Source: Octopus sinensis | Lineage: Eukaryota | Length of the DNA: 64,000 nucleotides | Direction of reading: 5' to 3' | Assembly (NCBI RefSeq): GCF_006345805.1 | Contig: NC_043002.1 | Location: 53,196,001-53,260,000 of the forward strand | In this document: positions 24,616 through 37,860 of the stretch, piece after piece | Numbering within the stretch: position 1 is the first letter of the stretch | Layout: every line of letters begins with the position of its first letter | Notes under the pieces: model-generated | Database searches by the model: none | Told to the model about the DNA's origin: nothing | What the model saw: the letters and a program-made list of their open reading frames with translations, nothing else | Program-made: the position numbers and the translations under genes

Positions 24616-26338
24616 GTGTGTATATATATGCATATATATGCATTGGCTTATAACACTATATATAGATATATGCTCATACAAAGACATATAAATGCATTTA
24701 CATTTACTTTGAACTCTACATACACATACACACACTCACACACACATGCATACACACACCACATGTACAAACACATTTGCGAGTGCACAAGATGCACCCA
24801 TATTTACATACTCACACAAATCTGCAGAAATGCATACCAACTCTTTCCACTAAACATGTACAAACATATAAAAAAAATAGAACGACATAGATGTACACAC
24901 ACATGCATATATTCACAATTACATTTACATATATCTCACACAACATAATATACACATATAAACATACCTACACAGATAATCATAAAACATCCCCATATAA
25001 CCCTCCAAACAAAACATATGCAACTAACTCAATATATGTATGTATGTATGCATGTATGTATGTGTGTAATTATGTATGTATGCTCTATCTCTCTGTCTAT
25101 TTATCTATTTATCTATCCATCCATCAATCCATCCTTCCATCACCACCCCCACCTCCATCCATCTGTTTGTCTATCTATCTATCTATCTCTCCATCCATCC
25201 ATCCATCCATCTCTCTCTCTCTCTCTTTATCTATCTATCTATCTATCTATCTATCTCTACATACATATACAATAAACTCATAAACAAAGAGATCCATATA
25301 TATATCACAACACATGCAATACACCTTTAAACACACATATACACACACAGACGCACAACACCGAAACACCTGCATATACCCTTTCCAAACAAAGGACACA
25401 CACACACATAATTATATGCATATATATATATACATATATATATACATACAACATACATACAAACAGATAAACACTGAGAGGCACACATATATACATACAT
25501 ACACATAAGTAGAGGTTTCATTCAATTTCTCTCTTGATATAGCGTTTATCTGAGGTAAGATCATACAGTATCCAGTGGAAAATCAGACTGAATTCAGATC
25601 AGAATAGGTCATTGATAACCTCCAGGCAGTTATTTATCCTACTCATGCGAATCAATCTCCTTTCACAAGCCTTGCAAGTGGTCAGTTATCTGGTTAGAGT
25701 GGCAAGATAATGTGGTCAGATGACATTGTGGTTCATTGAGGGTGTTGGGAGTGACGGCGTAATGTGTTGTTGTTGTTGTTGGTGGTGGTGTGTGTGTGTG
25801 TGTGAGTATGTTGTGTATAGTGTAATGGTGGTATATGTGTATATGTGCATATGAAGGTTTAGGGTTTCTATGCATGTATGGATGTGCCTAAGTGTATGTG
25901 TACTTGTGTGCATGTGTGAGTATATATTTATTAATGCATATATATATATATATATTTATATACACATACATGCATTATCGATAATACATACTTATGTTGT
26001 TTTTTATGTGCTATGCATGAAGGTGTATGTATGTATGTATATATGTATGTATTTATGTTTATATGTATGTATGCATGTGTATATATGTATGAATGTATAT
26101 ATGCATGTATATATGTATGTATGTATATATGCATGTATATATGTATGTATGTATGTATGTATGCATGTATATATGTATGAATGTATATATGTATGTATAT
26201 ATGTATGTATGTACATATGTAAGAATGTATGTATGTATGTACATATGTATGTATGTATGTATGTAGGTATGTATGTATGTATGTATGTATGTATGTATGT
26301 ATCAAGCTATCTACCTGTCTGTCTGTCTGTCTATCTAA

Positions 26339-26377
<39 letters not shown>

Positions 26378-26399
26378 AGAATTCTTTGCGTAATAAGAT

Positions 26400-26940
26400 A
26401 GCCAACCAAAGCCTTGTGAAGTAGATTTGGTAGTTAGAAACTGAAAGAAGCCTATTGCATATATATAAATATATATATATATATATAATATATATATACA
26501 TATATTTTTATATATGTATATATATATAAAGATATATATATATATATATAAAGAATAGGAGAGATCACCATGTGGATCCCTTGTATGCTAAAAATAGACG
26601 TCAAACTGTCTTACCATGAAATCTGTGTCCTCAAATTAGCAAGATGCTAGATGTTTATAAGCTAGACCAATGAAAAATAAACATACCACTTGATTCCATA
26701 CCTTTAGGTGTATATATGTGTGTGTGTCTATGTGTTTGTGTTTTTCACCCCAACTCTGCTTGACAACTGGGATTGAGTTATTTACGTCCCTGTAACTTAG
26801 CAGTTCAGCAAAAGAGATGATAGAATAAGCACTAGGCTTAAAAATAAGTCCTGGGAGCAATTTGTTCCACTAAAACAAACCCTCAAGGTGGTGCTCCAGT
26901 GTGGCCACAGTCAAATATCTGAAACAAGTAGAAGAATATA
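26400..26940 (+). mobile_element. SINE family B, degenerate and interrupted
   Basis: Family B body and tail motifs. Confidence 0.6.
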
Positions 26941-27297
26941 TATGTATGTATGTGGGGGTGTATATATTCAATAAATCAGGCAATCTTTGACTCTGTTAAC
27001 CTAATATTTTACATGCTGTCATCTATAGCTGAATCTGCTTTGAGCACCCATGTTAAAGCAATTTATTTTAAATTTCTTGAAGATTCTAAAGCACATATAT
27101 AAATAAAAATTCTCATAATATAGACAACTCACACACACACAAACACACACATACACACTCACACATGCATGTATAAATATGTGTGTGTGTGTGTTTGTGT
27201 GTGACTTGTCATGTGTTTGCCATATTTGCATGGATATCTCGAGCACAACATCATACCACTTGCTGCAGATATATCTTTCCATTATCTCTATAGTATA

Positions 27298-27690
27298 GAT
27301 GCAGGTGTGGCTGTGTGGTAAGAAGTTTGCTTTGCAAACACAGGGATCTGAGTTCGATCCCACTGCATGGCAGCTTGGATAAGTGTCGTCTTCTATTAGT
27401 GAGTGGATTTGGCTGATGGAACATGAAAGAAGCCCGTCGCATATATTTACATATGTATCTATGTGTGTGTGTGTCTGTGTCTGTAATTTTACCCCCATCA
27501 TCACTTGACATCTAGAGTTGGTTTCTTTACATCCACATAATTTAGCAGTTCAGAAAAAGAGACTGATAGAATAAGTACTATTCTTAAAAAATAACATCTG
27601 GATGTCAATTTGTTCGACTAAAATCCCTCAGGGTGTTGCTCCAGCATGGTCATAGTAAAATAACTGAAACAAGTGAAAGAATAAAAGAAC
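27298..27690 (+). mobile_element. SINE family B, degenerate
   Basis: Head GCAGGTGTGGCTGTGTGGTAAG, B box, tail CTCCAGCATGG...CTGAAACAAG. Confidence 0.7.
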
Positions 27691-28220
27691 AAGAATAGTA
27701 TTTCAAGCACCTGAGATCAGTTTTCTTCAATTCTTCCCATATCTTCATTTGTTCTACTCTAACACCGGTTGCTTCTCCTTGGTCGGCAATGCACTCTTTC
27801 ATGCAAGGAACATCCTCTTGTATACATCATGTATTCCAGAAATGAACTGGAAGAAGACTGATCATAAGGGGAATCAGACCATAGCATGCAAAGCAGAAAA
27901 CTTAGTTGGTAAGGTCAAAAGATGTATATTAAGAATGGCAGATGGGTCATATCATAAGTTCATACTCTTTTACAAATATCCGAATCAATATATACACTTG
28001 TCTATCAATTAATTCTAAGTTACAATATATTATGAGCTGTGTTCTGAAGCAATTTTAGCTTTCTCAAGTCAATCTCCTTGAAGAATTGCAATACCAATAT
28101 TCTTGGCATACATTCAGTTTCACTACAGTAAAGGCCATACAGGAATAACAGAGGATGTATGTGTATGGGTATGTATATACAATAATATACATATTTGTGT
28201 GTGTGAGTGTGTGTATAATG

Positions 28221-28261
<41 letters not shown>

Positions 28262-28593
28262 CACACACACACACACACTAAAAAGTTACAGACAACTTCT
28301 TGTTAATGAATATATATTCTACTGAAAAGTATTGAGTATTCCTTCAATATAAAATATTGTTTTATATATTGCTTGACACATGTACATATGCAAATTTATA
28401 TATATATATATATAATCAACATCATTTAATGTTCGCTTTCCATTCTGACTTGGTTTGGATAGTTTGATAGCACCTGACCAGGTAGGAGTCTGTAGCAGAC
28501 TTCTGTGTCTGTTTTAGCAGGAATTTTTTTATGGCTAAATGACCTTCTTAACACCAACCACTTTAGAGTGTGGATTGGAAATATATATATGTT

Positions 28594-28636
<43 letters not shown>

Positions 28637-29221
28637 TCGTCAGTAAATCATAAATTTGAAAGAGAAGCTCATTCTAAGATATAGAGCAGTAGAATAATTA
28701 TATGAAGATAGTTATAGTCAATCTATGGAGTTATACAAGGTTTCATGTCCATAAAGTCCTTAGCCTTACAATGTCTCTTCAGACCCTAATGGCTGATAGC
28801 CTATAATTTCCCTTCAAAGTGGAGGAAGAAATGACCTCATGGCTAGTTGTTGAACACATGGACAAAGGAGAAGGGTTAAGAGCAAGGGATTGACTCTCTT
28901 AGACCACAATCCATAATTGACCCAGCCAGCTTGTGTGTCCCAGGACTTCTGTAGGAATCTCCTGAAGTGTAAGTAGGGTCTGAAGACTTCTGTCCTGGTA
29001 TTTAAGATGTTACCAAGGTTGAGAGAGTCCTTTAATATTCTCATCCTTTCAGTTAGATGCAGCTTGCAACACTTGCTCCTGCTGATGTAGGGTCATGGTT
29101 TTTCTAGGATCTTCCATGAGATTATGTGTGGAGTCACTACATCCTTCAGGCACCACATACAGCTGGGCAAGGATGTGGCATATCAGCTCTCTGTGATCCT
29201 AAATGAGGATCTGTTGACCTT

Positions 29222-29550
29222 AGGACTTATTCTTTGTAAGCCTAGTTCTTATTCTATCAGTCTCTTTTGCCAAACCGCTAAGTTACAGGGATGTAAAAAC
29301 ACCAGCATCGGTTGTCAAGTGACGTTGTGGGGGTACAAACACAGACACACAAACACATACACACACATACATATATATATGTACATATATACGACAGGCT
29401 TCTTTCAGTTTCCGTCTACCAAATCCACTCACAAGGCTTTAGTAGGCTATAGTAGAAGACACTTGCCCAAGGTGCCATGCAGTGGGACTGAACCCGGAAC
29501 CATGTGGTTCGTAAGCAAGCTACTTATCACACAGCCACTCCTATGCCTAT
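29222..29550 (-). mobile_element. SINE family B
   Basis: Family B motifs. Confidence 0.75.
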
Positions 29551-29671
29551 AGGTGTATAATTTTTGCGTATAATTTTTGACTCTCCTTCATATATATATA
29601 TACATATATATCTATGTATGTATATATGTGTGTGTGTATATGTATATATATATAAGTATATATATGTGTAT

Positions 29672-29713
<42 letters not shown>

Positions 29714-30126
29714 ACATACATATATATATATATATATGTATGTATACATACACACATAAATACACCACCACCACCTACACATATATGCATATCTATCTAA
29801 CTGAAAAATACCTGGCATATATATATATGTGTATGTGTGCATGTGCATGTGTGTGTGTGAGACAGAAAGAGAACATGTATACTTTTGTTTTTCGTTATCT
29901 TGATGTTGCGTGATAGATGTAAATGAGTCTTATCATCATACAAATACTGTCATTTATTCCTAATGGCCTGTGAGAGTGTGGCAGACCATACCATAGAGAA
30001 ATATTGCCTTGCCTGGAAAGCGGTGAGGGTTGGTAACAGGAAGCACATCTGGGTTTAGAAAATCTCTCTCAGTAAAATATGTCAGACCCATGCAGACATG
30101 GAAAGGTGGACATTAAAATGATGATC

Positions 30127-30160
<34 letters not shown>

Positions 30161-30228
30161 AATATATATATGTGTATATGTGTGTGTGTCTGTGTGTTTG
30201 TATGTGTCTATTTATGTGCATATAAATG

Positions 30229-30269
<41 letters not shown>

Positions 30270-30494
30270 TAAAAAATAAGGGTGAAAAATTGAATATTAA
30301 TTTGATTAATATCAATTTAAAACCAGTGGCCTAGCATATTGAAAAATCTGAAGACTCAGAAAAATTATATGTAATATATATGTGTATATATATATTATAT
30401 ATATATATATATATATTTTTTTTTTTTTTCTCTTTTTTTTTTCTTGTTTCAGCTCAGAGCTGCGGCCATGCTGATGCACCGCCATTAAAAATTT

Positions 30495-30561
30495 CGAGCT
30501 TGCCAGGATTCGAACATGGAATCTTCTGATCCGTAGTCAGACGCGTTATCCATTGCACCAC
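30495..30561 (-). pseudogene. tRNA-Arg(ACG) pseudogene, 5'-truncated, fused to a retroposon tail
   Basis: GTGGTGCAATGGATAACGCGTCTGACTACGGATCAGAAGATTCCATGTTCGAATCCTGGCAAGCTCG matches the eukaryotic tRNA-Arg-ACG body; 5' acceptor strand absent. Confidence 0.85.
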
Positions 30562-30571
30562 ATTAAAGATG

Positions 30572-30836
30572 ACGTATGAGTGTTTAGCTTTTGCCGAATG
30601 ACCTGTACAAATGATTTGTTTATGGTGATCAATTTATGTGTCATACATTAGCTCACGCCTTCCATCAAATTGACTTTGCCTGGACAAATGCACGGCGTAT
30701 CACATGTCAGGTGTTGAAACGATCATAGAGCAGCCTGAAATGAAGTATTTTGCTCAAGAATACAATGCACCACCCAGTCTAGGAATTGAAACCATGAATG
30801 TTAGTTCAACACCCTAACCACTAGGCCATGTGCCCT
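30572..30836 (-). mobile_element. SINE family A variant, CpG-decayed
   Basis: Colinear with 1135-1376. Confidence 0.7.
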
Positions 30837-32174
30837 TGCTACACACACACACACACACATACACATGGACATTCATACATAGAATGTGTTTACATTCTTA
30901 GTTCACTTAGGTTGAGGCTTCATTATATTCAAATATATTTCATTTCTCCCAGAGACTATATATTCTAGAAAAGGAAGAGGTAGAAGCTGAAATATCTCTT
31001 GGACAGATGTAAGTTAAAAGAAGTTACTTTGTGATGCATATGCTGAGAAAGTGTGGAGATAGTGTGTACTAGTATATTTGTTATAGCCAACCAAGAATTA
31101 TTAATCAATTAAAATTAAGCCTTGCAGTGTTGATTAGAATTCATTATTTAATCAATTGATTCCTGTCATGAAACACAGGAGACACGTATGGAATACAAAT
31201 GATCTAAGATTAAAGAAATATGGAATTTATATATCCTATTTAGCTGTTCTTAGATTTGGTTATACAGTTAGACAATACTTGAATGACATGATTTCATCCA
31301 TCTAGATCAGTTGACTTTCTCAGACTAATGCAACTCTTCCAAACCAGATGTTCTGATCAAGTGATGATTGAGTGATGAAGCATGAATATCTGGTCTGGGT
31401 TTTAGTCACACAGGTCTTTCACTAGCTGAAATATCTTGTCTGTGCATATCACAACTACAGATGATAGCAGCAATTTGCCAAATGAACTGGTTGATCCTGG
31501 TCACTGGCAATTTATTGCCTATTCATCCACACCTCATCTAGTGATATTCACCACTAATTCAATAAGTTCATTTGCTGAAATTGCTCACATTCACCATGCT
31601 GCATCCTCAGTTGATTACCTGTTATTTAACCCATAACTGGGACCTGGACAGGTGCTACCACTTGGGCTTAGAGTAGATCTGGCAAAAATAGTAGTTAGTT
31701 CCACACTCTTCAAAACCTTGGAACTCCCAAACCAGGTCTCCGCTCCCAGATGCAGATTAAGATCATACCCAGTACAATGTTCAATAATAATGAAACATGG
31801 CTCAAGTTGTCACTGTGTAGCCAATGATGAGACAGATTCTTGGATAAGTTCTGTATTTAATTAATCTTAATTTAAATTCCATGTTTAACTCTCTAGACTG
31901 TTTAGGACAGAATCTGTAATTAAAGAAATGAAATTTTTTTCTCATCACTTTGGATTGCAAATTTAATTAGATTTTAATTTAATTAAAAATCTTTGCCACA
32001 CTACAACAAGAACGTCAGCTACCCACTGTAGCAGTATAGTAAATTGAACAGACTCTAGTGCATGTCAGGTATTTACTTAATCGATTCCAGAGTAATTAAC
32101 AGTAAGTATTTGCTCCATATCATAACTTCTTAATGAAATTCATCACACAGATAAATCTTTTTGTTTTATATTTT

Positions 32175-32890
32175 ATTTTTACTTGTTTCAGTCATTGGAC
32201 TGCAGCCATGCTGGGACACAGCCTTGAAGGGTTTTAGTCAAACATATCAACCTCAGTGCTTTTTTCAACCTGGTACTTATCCTGTTGGTCTCTTTTGCTG
32301 AACTGCAAATGTTACAAGGATGTCAACAAACCTTCACTGGTTATCAAGTAGTGGTGTGGAACAAATACAAACTCAAAGACACACACATAGGTATATACAT
32401 GCATATATGTATATGTCTATATATGCAAGGGGGTGGTGAAAAGTTCCTGGCTTTGGGCAAATGAAAATACAAGAGGATCAGTTAATTATGATTTTAGTCA
32501 ACATATTCTCCACACAGATTCCTACACTTATTGTAGTAATTGTAGGAGTTCTTCAGCATTTCTAAGCCCTGTAAAAGAACTCGGAAGTTTGGGCCTCCAT
32601 TCAGGCCTTTTGTGATATTGAAAAGCCAGGAATTTGTGTGTGTATTTGTGTGTGTGCACGTGTGTGTGTGTGCATGTATGTATGTGTTTATGTGTGTGTG
32701 CGTGTGTATGCATGTGTGTATATGTATGCATGTATATATGACAAACAATTTTTAGTTTTCATCTACCAAATCCACAGGACACTGGTCAGCCAAGGGTTGT
32801 AATAGAAGGCTTGCCCAAGGTGCCATGAAGTGGGACTGAACTTTAGAAGGTGTGGTTGAGTAGCAAAACTTTTACCACGAAGCCACTACT
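32175..32890 (-). mobile_element. SINE family B interrupted by a mariner-type fragment (32422-32625)
   Basis: Tail at about 32180-32340 and head at about 32750-32890 flank AAAAGTTCCTGGCTTT...AAAGCCAGGAATTT. Confidence 0.6.
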
Positions 32891-33075
32891 GGATGTTCAT
32901 AGATTTTGGAACCATTTAAAGCCTTTCTGATATTGTCACAACTACTGTGAAGTGTAAAGTCAGGAATGGCTATAACAGAAGAGTAGAACATACACTTTTT
33001 CACATTACAATAAAGGTGTGTGAGTGAGTGTGTGTGTGTGTCTGTGTGCTTGTGTGAGTGTGTGTGTGTGTGCTT

Positions 33076-33112
<37 letters not shown>

Positions 33113-33113
33113 T

Positions 33114-33156
<43 letters not shown>

Positions 33157-33196
33157 TTGTGTGAGTGTGTGTGTGTGTGTGCTTGTGTGAGTGTGA

Positions 33197-33240
<44 letters not shown>

Positions 33241-33391
33241 ACGAAAGAGGGAGGATGGAAGATCAACAGATATATAATGATGTACTGAAAGATTACAAAA
33301 TAAAGCAAAATAAAAATATGGTAGAGTTAGAAACAGAAAGAGAAGGTGAATAATTCAGAGACAGAGAGTGGGAAGAAAAAGACAGTAAAGC

Positions 33392-33425
<34 letters not shown>

Positions 33426-33742
33426 GAAGGTGGAGGGAGAGGAAGTAGGGGGGAATGAGGGCATAAAAATCTAGTTGTACTGAATAGAAGAGTGCATTTT
33501 GTACAGTCAACGAGTTGGCTTCCAGATAATTTAACTAAATTTATATAGTATCTTTTGTGTAGCTATTGATTGGCTTACTGACACAATATCATCGACTTGC
33601 TTATTATGTGAACCACCTAAGGAGCATCTTTGCAGTTGCATGACCTGTTGGAAAAGGATGAAAGAAAAAAGCAAAAGGGAGAAGGCAAATCATGTCACAG
33701 CAGTGTCTCTTAAAAATGGAAGGATGCACTAGATAACATATA

Positions 33743-33782
<40 letters not shown>

Positions 33783-33860
33783 AGTATATATATATACATA
33801 TATATATGTGTGTGTGTATATATATATATATGTGTGTATATATATATATATGTGTATATA

Positions 33861-33954
33861 TATAATATTAATTCGAGACAAAACCACTATTTTGCAAATC
33901 AAACAAGGAAGACTTAATCAATACATAAAAAAATTTAATATAAAGTAAATAAAG

Positions 33955-33987
<33 letters not shown>

Positions 33988-34067
33988 ATATTAAAATTTT
34001 TTATGTATTGATTAAGTCTTTCCTTGTTTGATTTGCAAATAGTGTTTTGTCTCGAATTAATATTATA
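33861..34067. repeat. Palindrome (about 80-bp arms) with (TAAA)n spacer
   Basis: TAATTCGAGACAAAAC...ATCAATACATAAAAA is inverted at 33987-34067. Confidence 0.85.
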
Positions 34068-34790
34068 ATATTTTACTATAAAATTGGATTTAATCCTAAA
34101 TCTGATTTTTTCCTGTAAATTGGATTTATTCCCTAATACTTATTATTATGTGTATATATATATATATTATATATATGTATATATATATATGTGTGTATAT
34201 ATATATATGTGTGTATATATATATGTATATATGTATATATATATAATATATATATATATATATACACATACATACATACATACATAATATACATACATAC
34301 ATATACATATATCCATATCTATATATTTTACTCACGCACAAACACACACACACGTGTGTGTGAGTGTGTATATAAATATCCACTTTGCTCTTGGTTTTCA
34401 ATTATATATATATATATATATATATGTATAAATGAAAAATGCATTAAAGAAATATTTAATGCATTTATGTCCATTAATTAACAATTAAATCAATAAACAA
34501 TTAAAGATGCATTAAATAACTTCACAAGTATTGTTTTGTTTGCTTGAAGCTCTAATTCTCCACAAATTTTTGCGGGTGATGCCAATATGCGAAGTTCTCA
34601 GTATTATCATTAAAGGCATGAAACTGAGGATTAACATTCGGTTGATAACTACTGAAGAATTAAGGCCTTCTGTGTCTGACTGACGTGTACGTTTTTTTTA
34701 ATTTTTTTTAGCTATCATTGTTTATTTAATGTATTTTTCATTTATTGACTAACTGAATGCCATGCATCCTGACTTTTGTTAACAGTAAGT

Positions 34791-35573
34791 TTTTCCTATT
34801 ACCTTTACTGGTAACAAAGGGCCTCTCGCTCAGAGTGAAAGGTAGATTGTATGACGCACATGTGCGTACAGCCATGCTACGCGATAGTGAAACATGGGCT
34901 GTGACGGCTGAGGACATGCATAAGGTTTGCAAGAAATGAAGCTAGTGTGCTCCGCTGGATGTATAATGTCAGTGTGTATACACAACAGAGTGTAAGCACC
35001 CTGAGAGAAAAGTTGGGCATAAGAAGCGTCAGACGTGGTATGTAAGAGAGACGACTGCGCTGGTATGGTCATGTGTTGCGTATGAATGAGGACAGCTGTG
35101 TGAAAAAGTGTCACACCCTAGCAGTAGAGGGAACCCGTGGAAGAAGTAGAACCAGGAAGACCTGGGATGAGGTGGGGAAGCACGACCTTCAAATATTCGG
35201 CCTCACGGAGGCGATGACAAGCTACCGAAACCTTTGGAGGTATGCTGTGCTTGAGAAGACCCGAGAAGTCAAGTGAGATCATTGTTGTGGCCAATGCCAG
35301 TACCGCCTGACTGGCTCCCGTTCGGTGGTGCATAAAAAGCACCATTCGAGCGTGGTCATTGTTAGTGCCGCCTGACTGGCCCTCGTACCAGGAGCACGTA
35401 AAAAGCACCCACTACACTCTCGCAGTGGTTGGTGTTAGGAAGGGCATCCAGCTGTAGAAACCTTGCCAGATCAGATTGGAGCCTGGTACAGCCTTCTGGC
35501 TTGCCCGTTCTTAGCCAAAACGTCGAACCCATGCCAGCAGAGAAAGCGGATGTTAAACGATGATGATGATGAT
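34791..35573 (+). mobile_element. RTE-clade LINE 3' end with (GAT)n tail
   Basis: KGRLYDAHVRTAMLRDSETWAV...RRLRWYGHVLRM...GRSRTRKTWDEV...DL; stops and frameshifts. Confidence 0.9.
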
Positions 35574-35600
35574 TATATAAATACATACATACATACATAC

Positions 35601-35624
<24 letters not shown>

Positions 35625-35639
<15 letters not shown>

Positions 35640-36445
35640 CTGAAGTTGTATGTATGTGTGGCAGGTTGGTAGCCTTCAACTAACACTATCTCCTCCGAGA
35701 CCCTGCGACGCAAGTTGACCAAAAATTGACAGTATGATAGAAGAAGGCTTGTTCTTCATTCCATAGAAGAAAAAATTCAAATCAGACCATGTTAAGATCA
35801 AAAGGTTATTTACATCAAAAAGGTGCTTTTTTTCTATGAATATCCCTATTTTTATTACGATTTTTTTTACTGCTGTGTCTCCATTTTTCGGTGTATTTCA
35901 ACTAGAAAAAGTGCGATCTGCATGCTGTTACTATCTACGATGTTCAAGTCAAACCTTCAATGGGTATGTTTTGATTTTACAGATTTTTTTTGTTATACGT
36001 GATGTAAAATAGTTGATTTTATTCATTTTACAGATGCAACCACGATTCATGTTGCCCACCTGCTTCAAAATAACATTTTTTTTTGTAACCACTAACTGTT
36101 CTTATGAACGTTTTAGATTTTCCTGTACGTTTTCTTAATGAATACTGTTGCAGTGTTAACTTCTTAAAAGATTTTCAGTGCAATTCGAAACTTGAGCTTC
36201 ATTTTACTTTAAATCTACGGCTAATTTTTTTCTCCATAATGTTAATACAAGGAATATTAACCAAGAATACCAACAATTGAAGTCGGCATTACACATTTGC
36301 AGCACATTCAGAGCAAACTCGAGCATCGCTACACTCTTATTCATAGATTGAAACAATGTCAAAACTTTGTTAATGCGACATCAAAGCCTGCCGTTTTAAG
36401 CGCAAATAAAAAGCAACCCCGAGCAACGCCGGGCTATACTGCTAG
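35625..36445 (+). mobile_element. Non-autonomous Helitron
   Basis: 3' hairpin CCCG-AGCAACGC-CGGG about 8 nt before CTAG|T; 5' end in (TA)n. Confidence 0.75.
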
Positions 36446-36667
36446 TGTGTGTATGTATATACATTATATATATATATATATTGTATATATATATATATAT
36501 TGTTGTATTTGGGGATGGTCATAAAAACACACGCACTGCATTTTGGCCAATAAAAACACACGCACAATATATTGGTGTTCATTGGTTCAGCTTTATTTTA
36601 TGTTAATAGTATTTCAGCCAGAGTTCTTGGCTTGTTGTCTCATTTTATTTGGCAAACAAACACCACA

Positions 36668-36702
<35 letters not shown>

Positions 36703-37224
36703 CACACACACACAACACACCACACAGACACACAAATATTAATATATATATATATATATAATATATATATATATATCTATTATATCTACATACACCCATA
36801 TATATATAGGTATATATGTGTGTACGAATGTATACATATGTATATAAAAGCACATGTACACACATGCACACACACACACATACTAGTTAATTTTGGCACA
36901 TGCCCAGCAATTTTGTAGGGTAGGTCAAGTTGATTATTTCAACCCCTCTATTAGACAAGTACCTTATTTACCTCAAAAGGATGAATGGCTAAGTTGGCCT
37001 CTATAGGAATGGAACTCAGAATGTAAAGAATCAGAAGAAAAGTCACTCAGCATTTTATCCAATGCTTCAATGATTCAGTCAACTTGGGCCTGTAAGTTTA
37101 AAGAGAGAAAACATTTTCTCTGAGATAAAATTCAGCAATAAATCCTTTTTACACACATACGCAAGATCGGACAAGTTGGAGAGCCATGGCATGGCTTCCA
37201 CAGTTAGATGCCCTTCAAGTATTA

Positions 37225-37458
37225 CCTCTTTCTTTACTACCCACAAGGGACTAAGTACAGAGAGGACAAACAAGGACAGACAAACGGATTAAGTCGATTA
37301 TATCGGCCCCAGTGCGTAACTGGTACTTATTTAATCGACCCCGAAAGGATGAAAGGCAAAGTCGACCTCGGCAGAATTTGAACTCAGAACGTAACCGCAG
37401 ACGAAATACCACTAAGCATTTCGCCCGGCGTGCTAATGTTTCTACTAGCTCGCCGCCC
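37225..37458 (-). mobile_element. SINE family C, young copy
   Basis: Near-identical to 50285-50515 and 53725-53960. Confidence 0.85.
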
Positions 37459-37599
37459 TCTAGTAATACCAGCCAGTGCAGTAGTGCATTTTTCTGTCTT
37501 TGGTACCAGTGAGGTCACCTTGCCATATGCAAGACCAAGGGTTTAACGGGACCCCTATAACTCAGGAGAAACAGAGGAAAGGGAGAGCAATGATTCTAG

Positions 37600-37860
37600 A
37601 TGGGTTGATGTGGAAGAGTAAAGTATGACAATAGGGACAGATTTGTAGTTGTCGGTTGCTCTCCGATGTGTTTATCGTCAAGCCTGTGGCAGTAGAGACC
37701 TCCAGCGTTCTTGGCCCCAAGGCTATATCCTTGCTCGCTACTATCGGAGCAAAGGTGGCTGTCCACAAGTGCGAGGCCTATGAGTCAGAATGGCTGTTCC
37801 AGTGCATCTCTCTCTCGCTAATCCCCTGGGGAAACGCCTTTGTCTGCTGGAGCCATGAAA
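37600..37860 (+). mobile_element. CRE-like non-LTR retrotransposon C-terminal remnant
   Basis: KPVAVETSSVLGPKAISLLATIG...ESEWLFQCISLS...GNA resembles the C-terminus of CRE-clade restriction-like endonucleases. Confidence 0.6.

Noticed and set aside
27711-27830. Possible minus-strand exon ending in CAG|GTG
   Set aside because: The peptide KIWEELKKTDLR resembles the RTE LINE end KTWDEVGKHDLQ at about 35160, so it is likely a decayed LINE.
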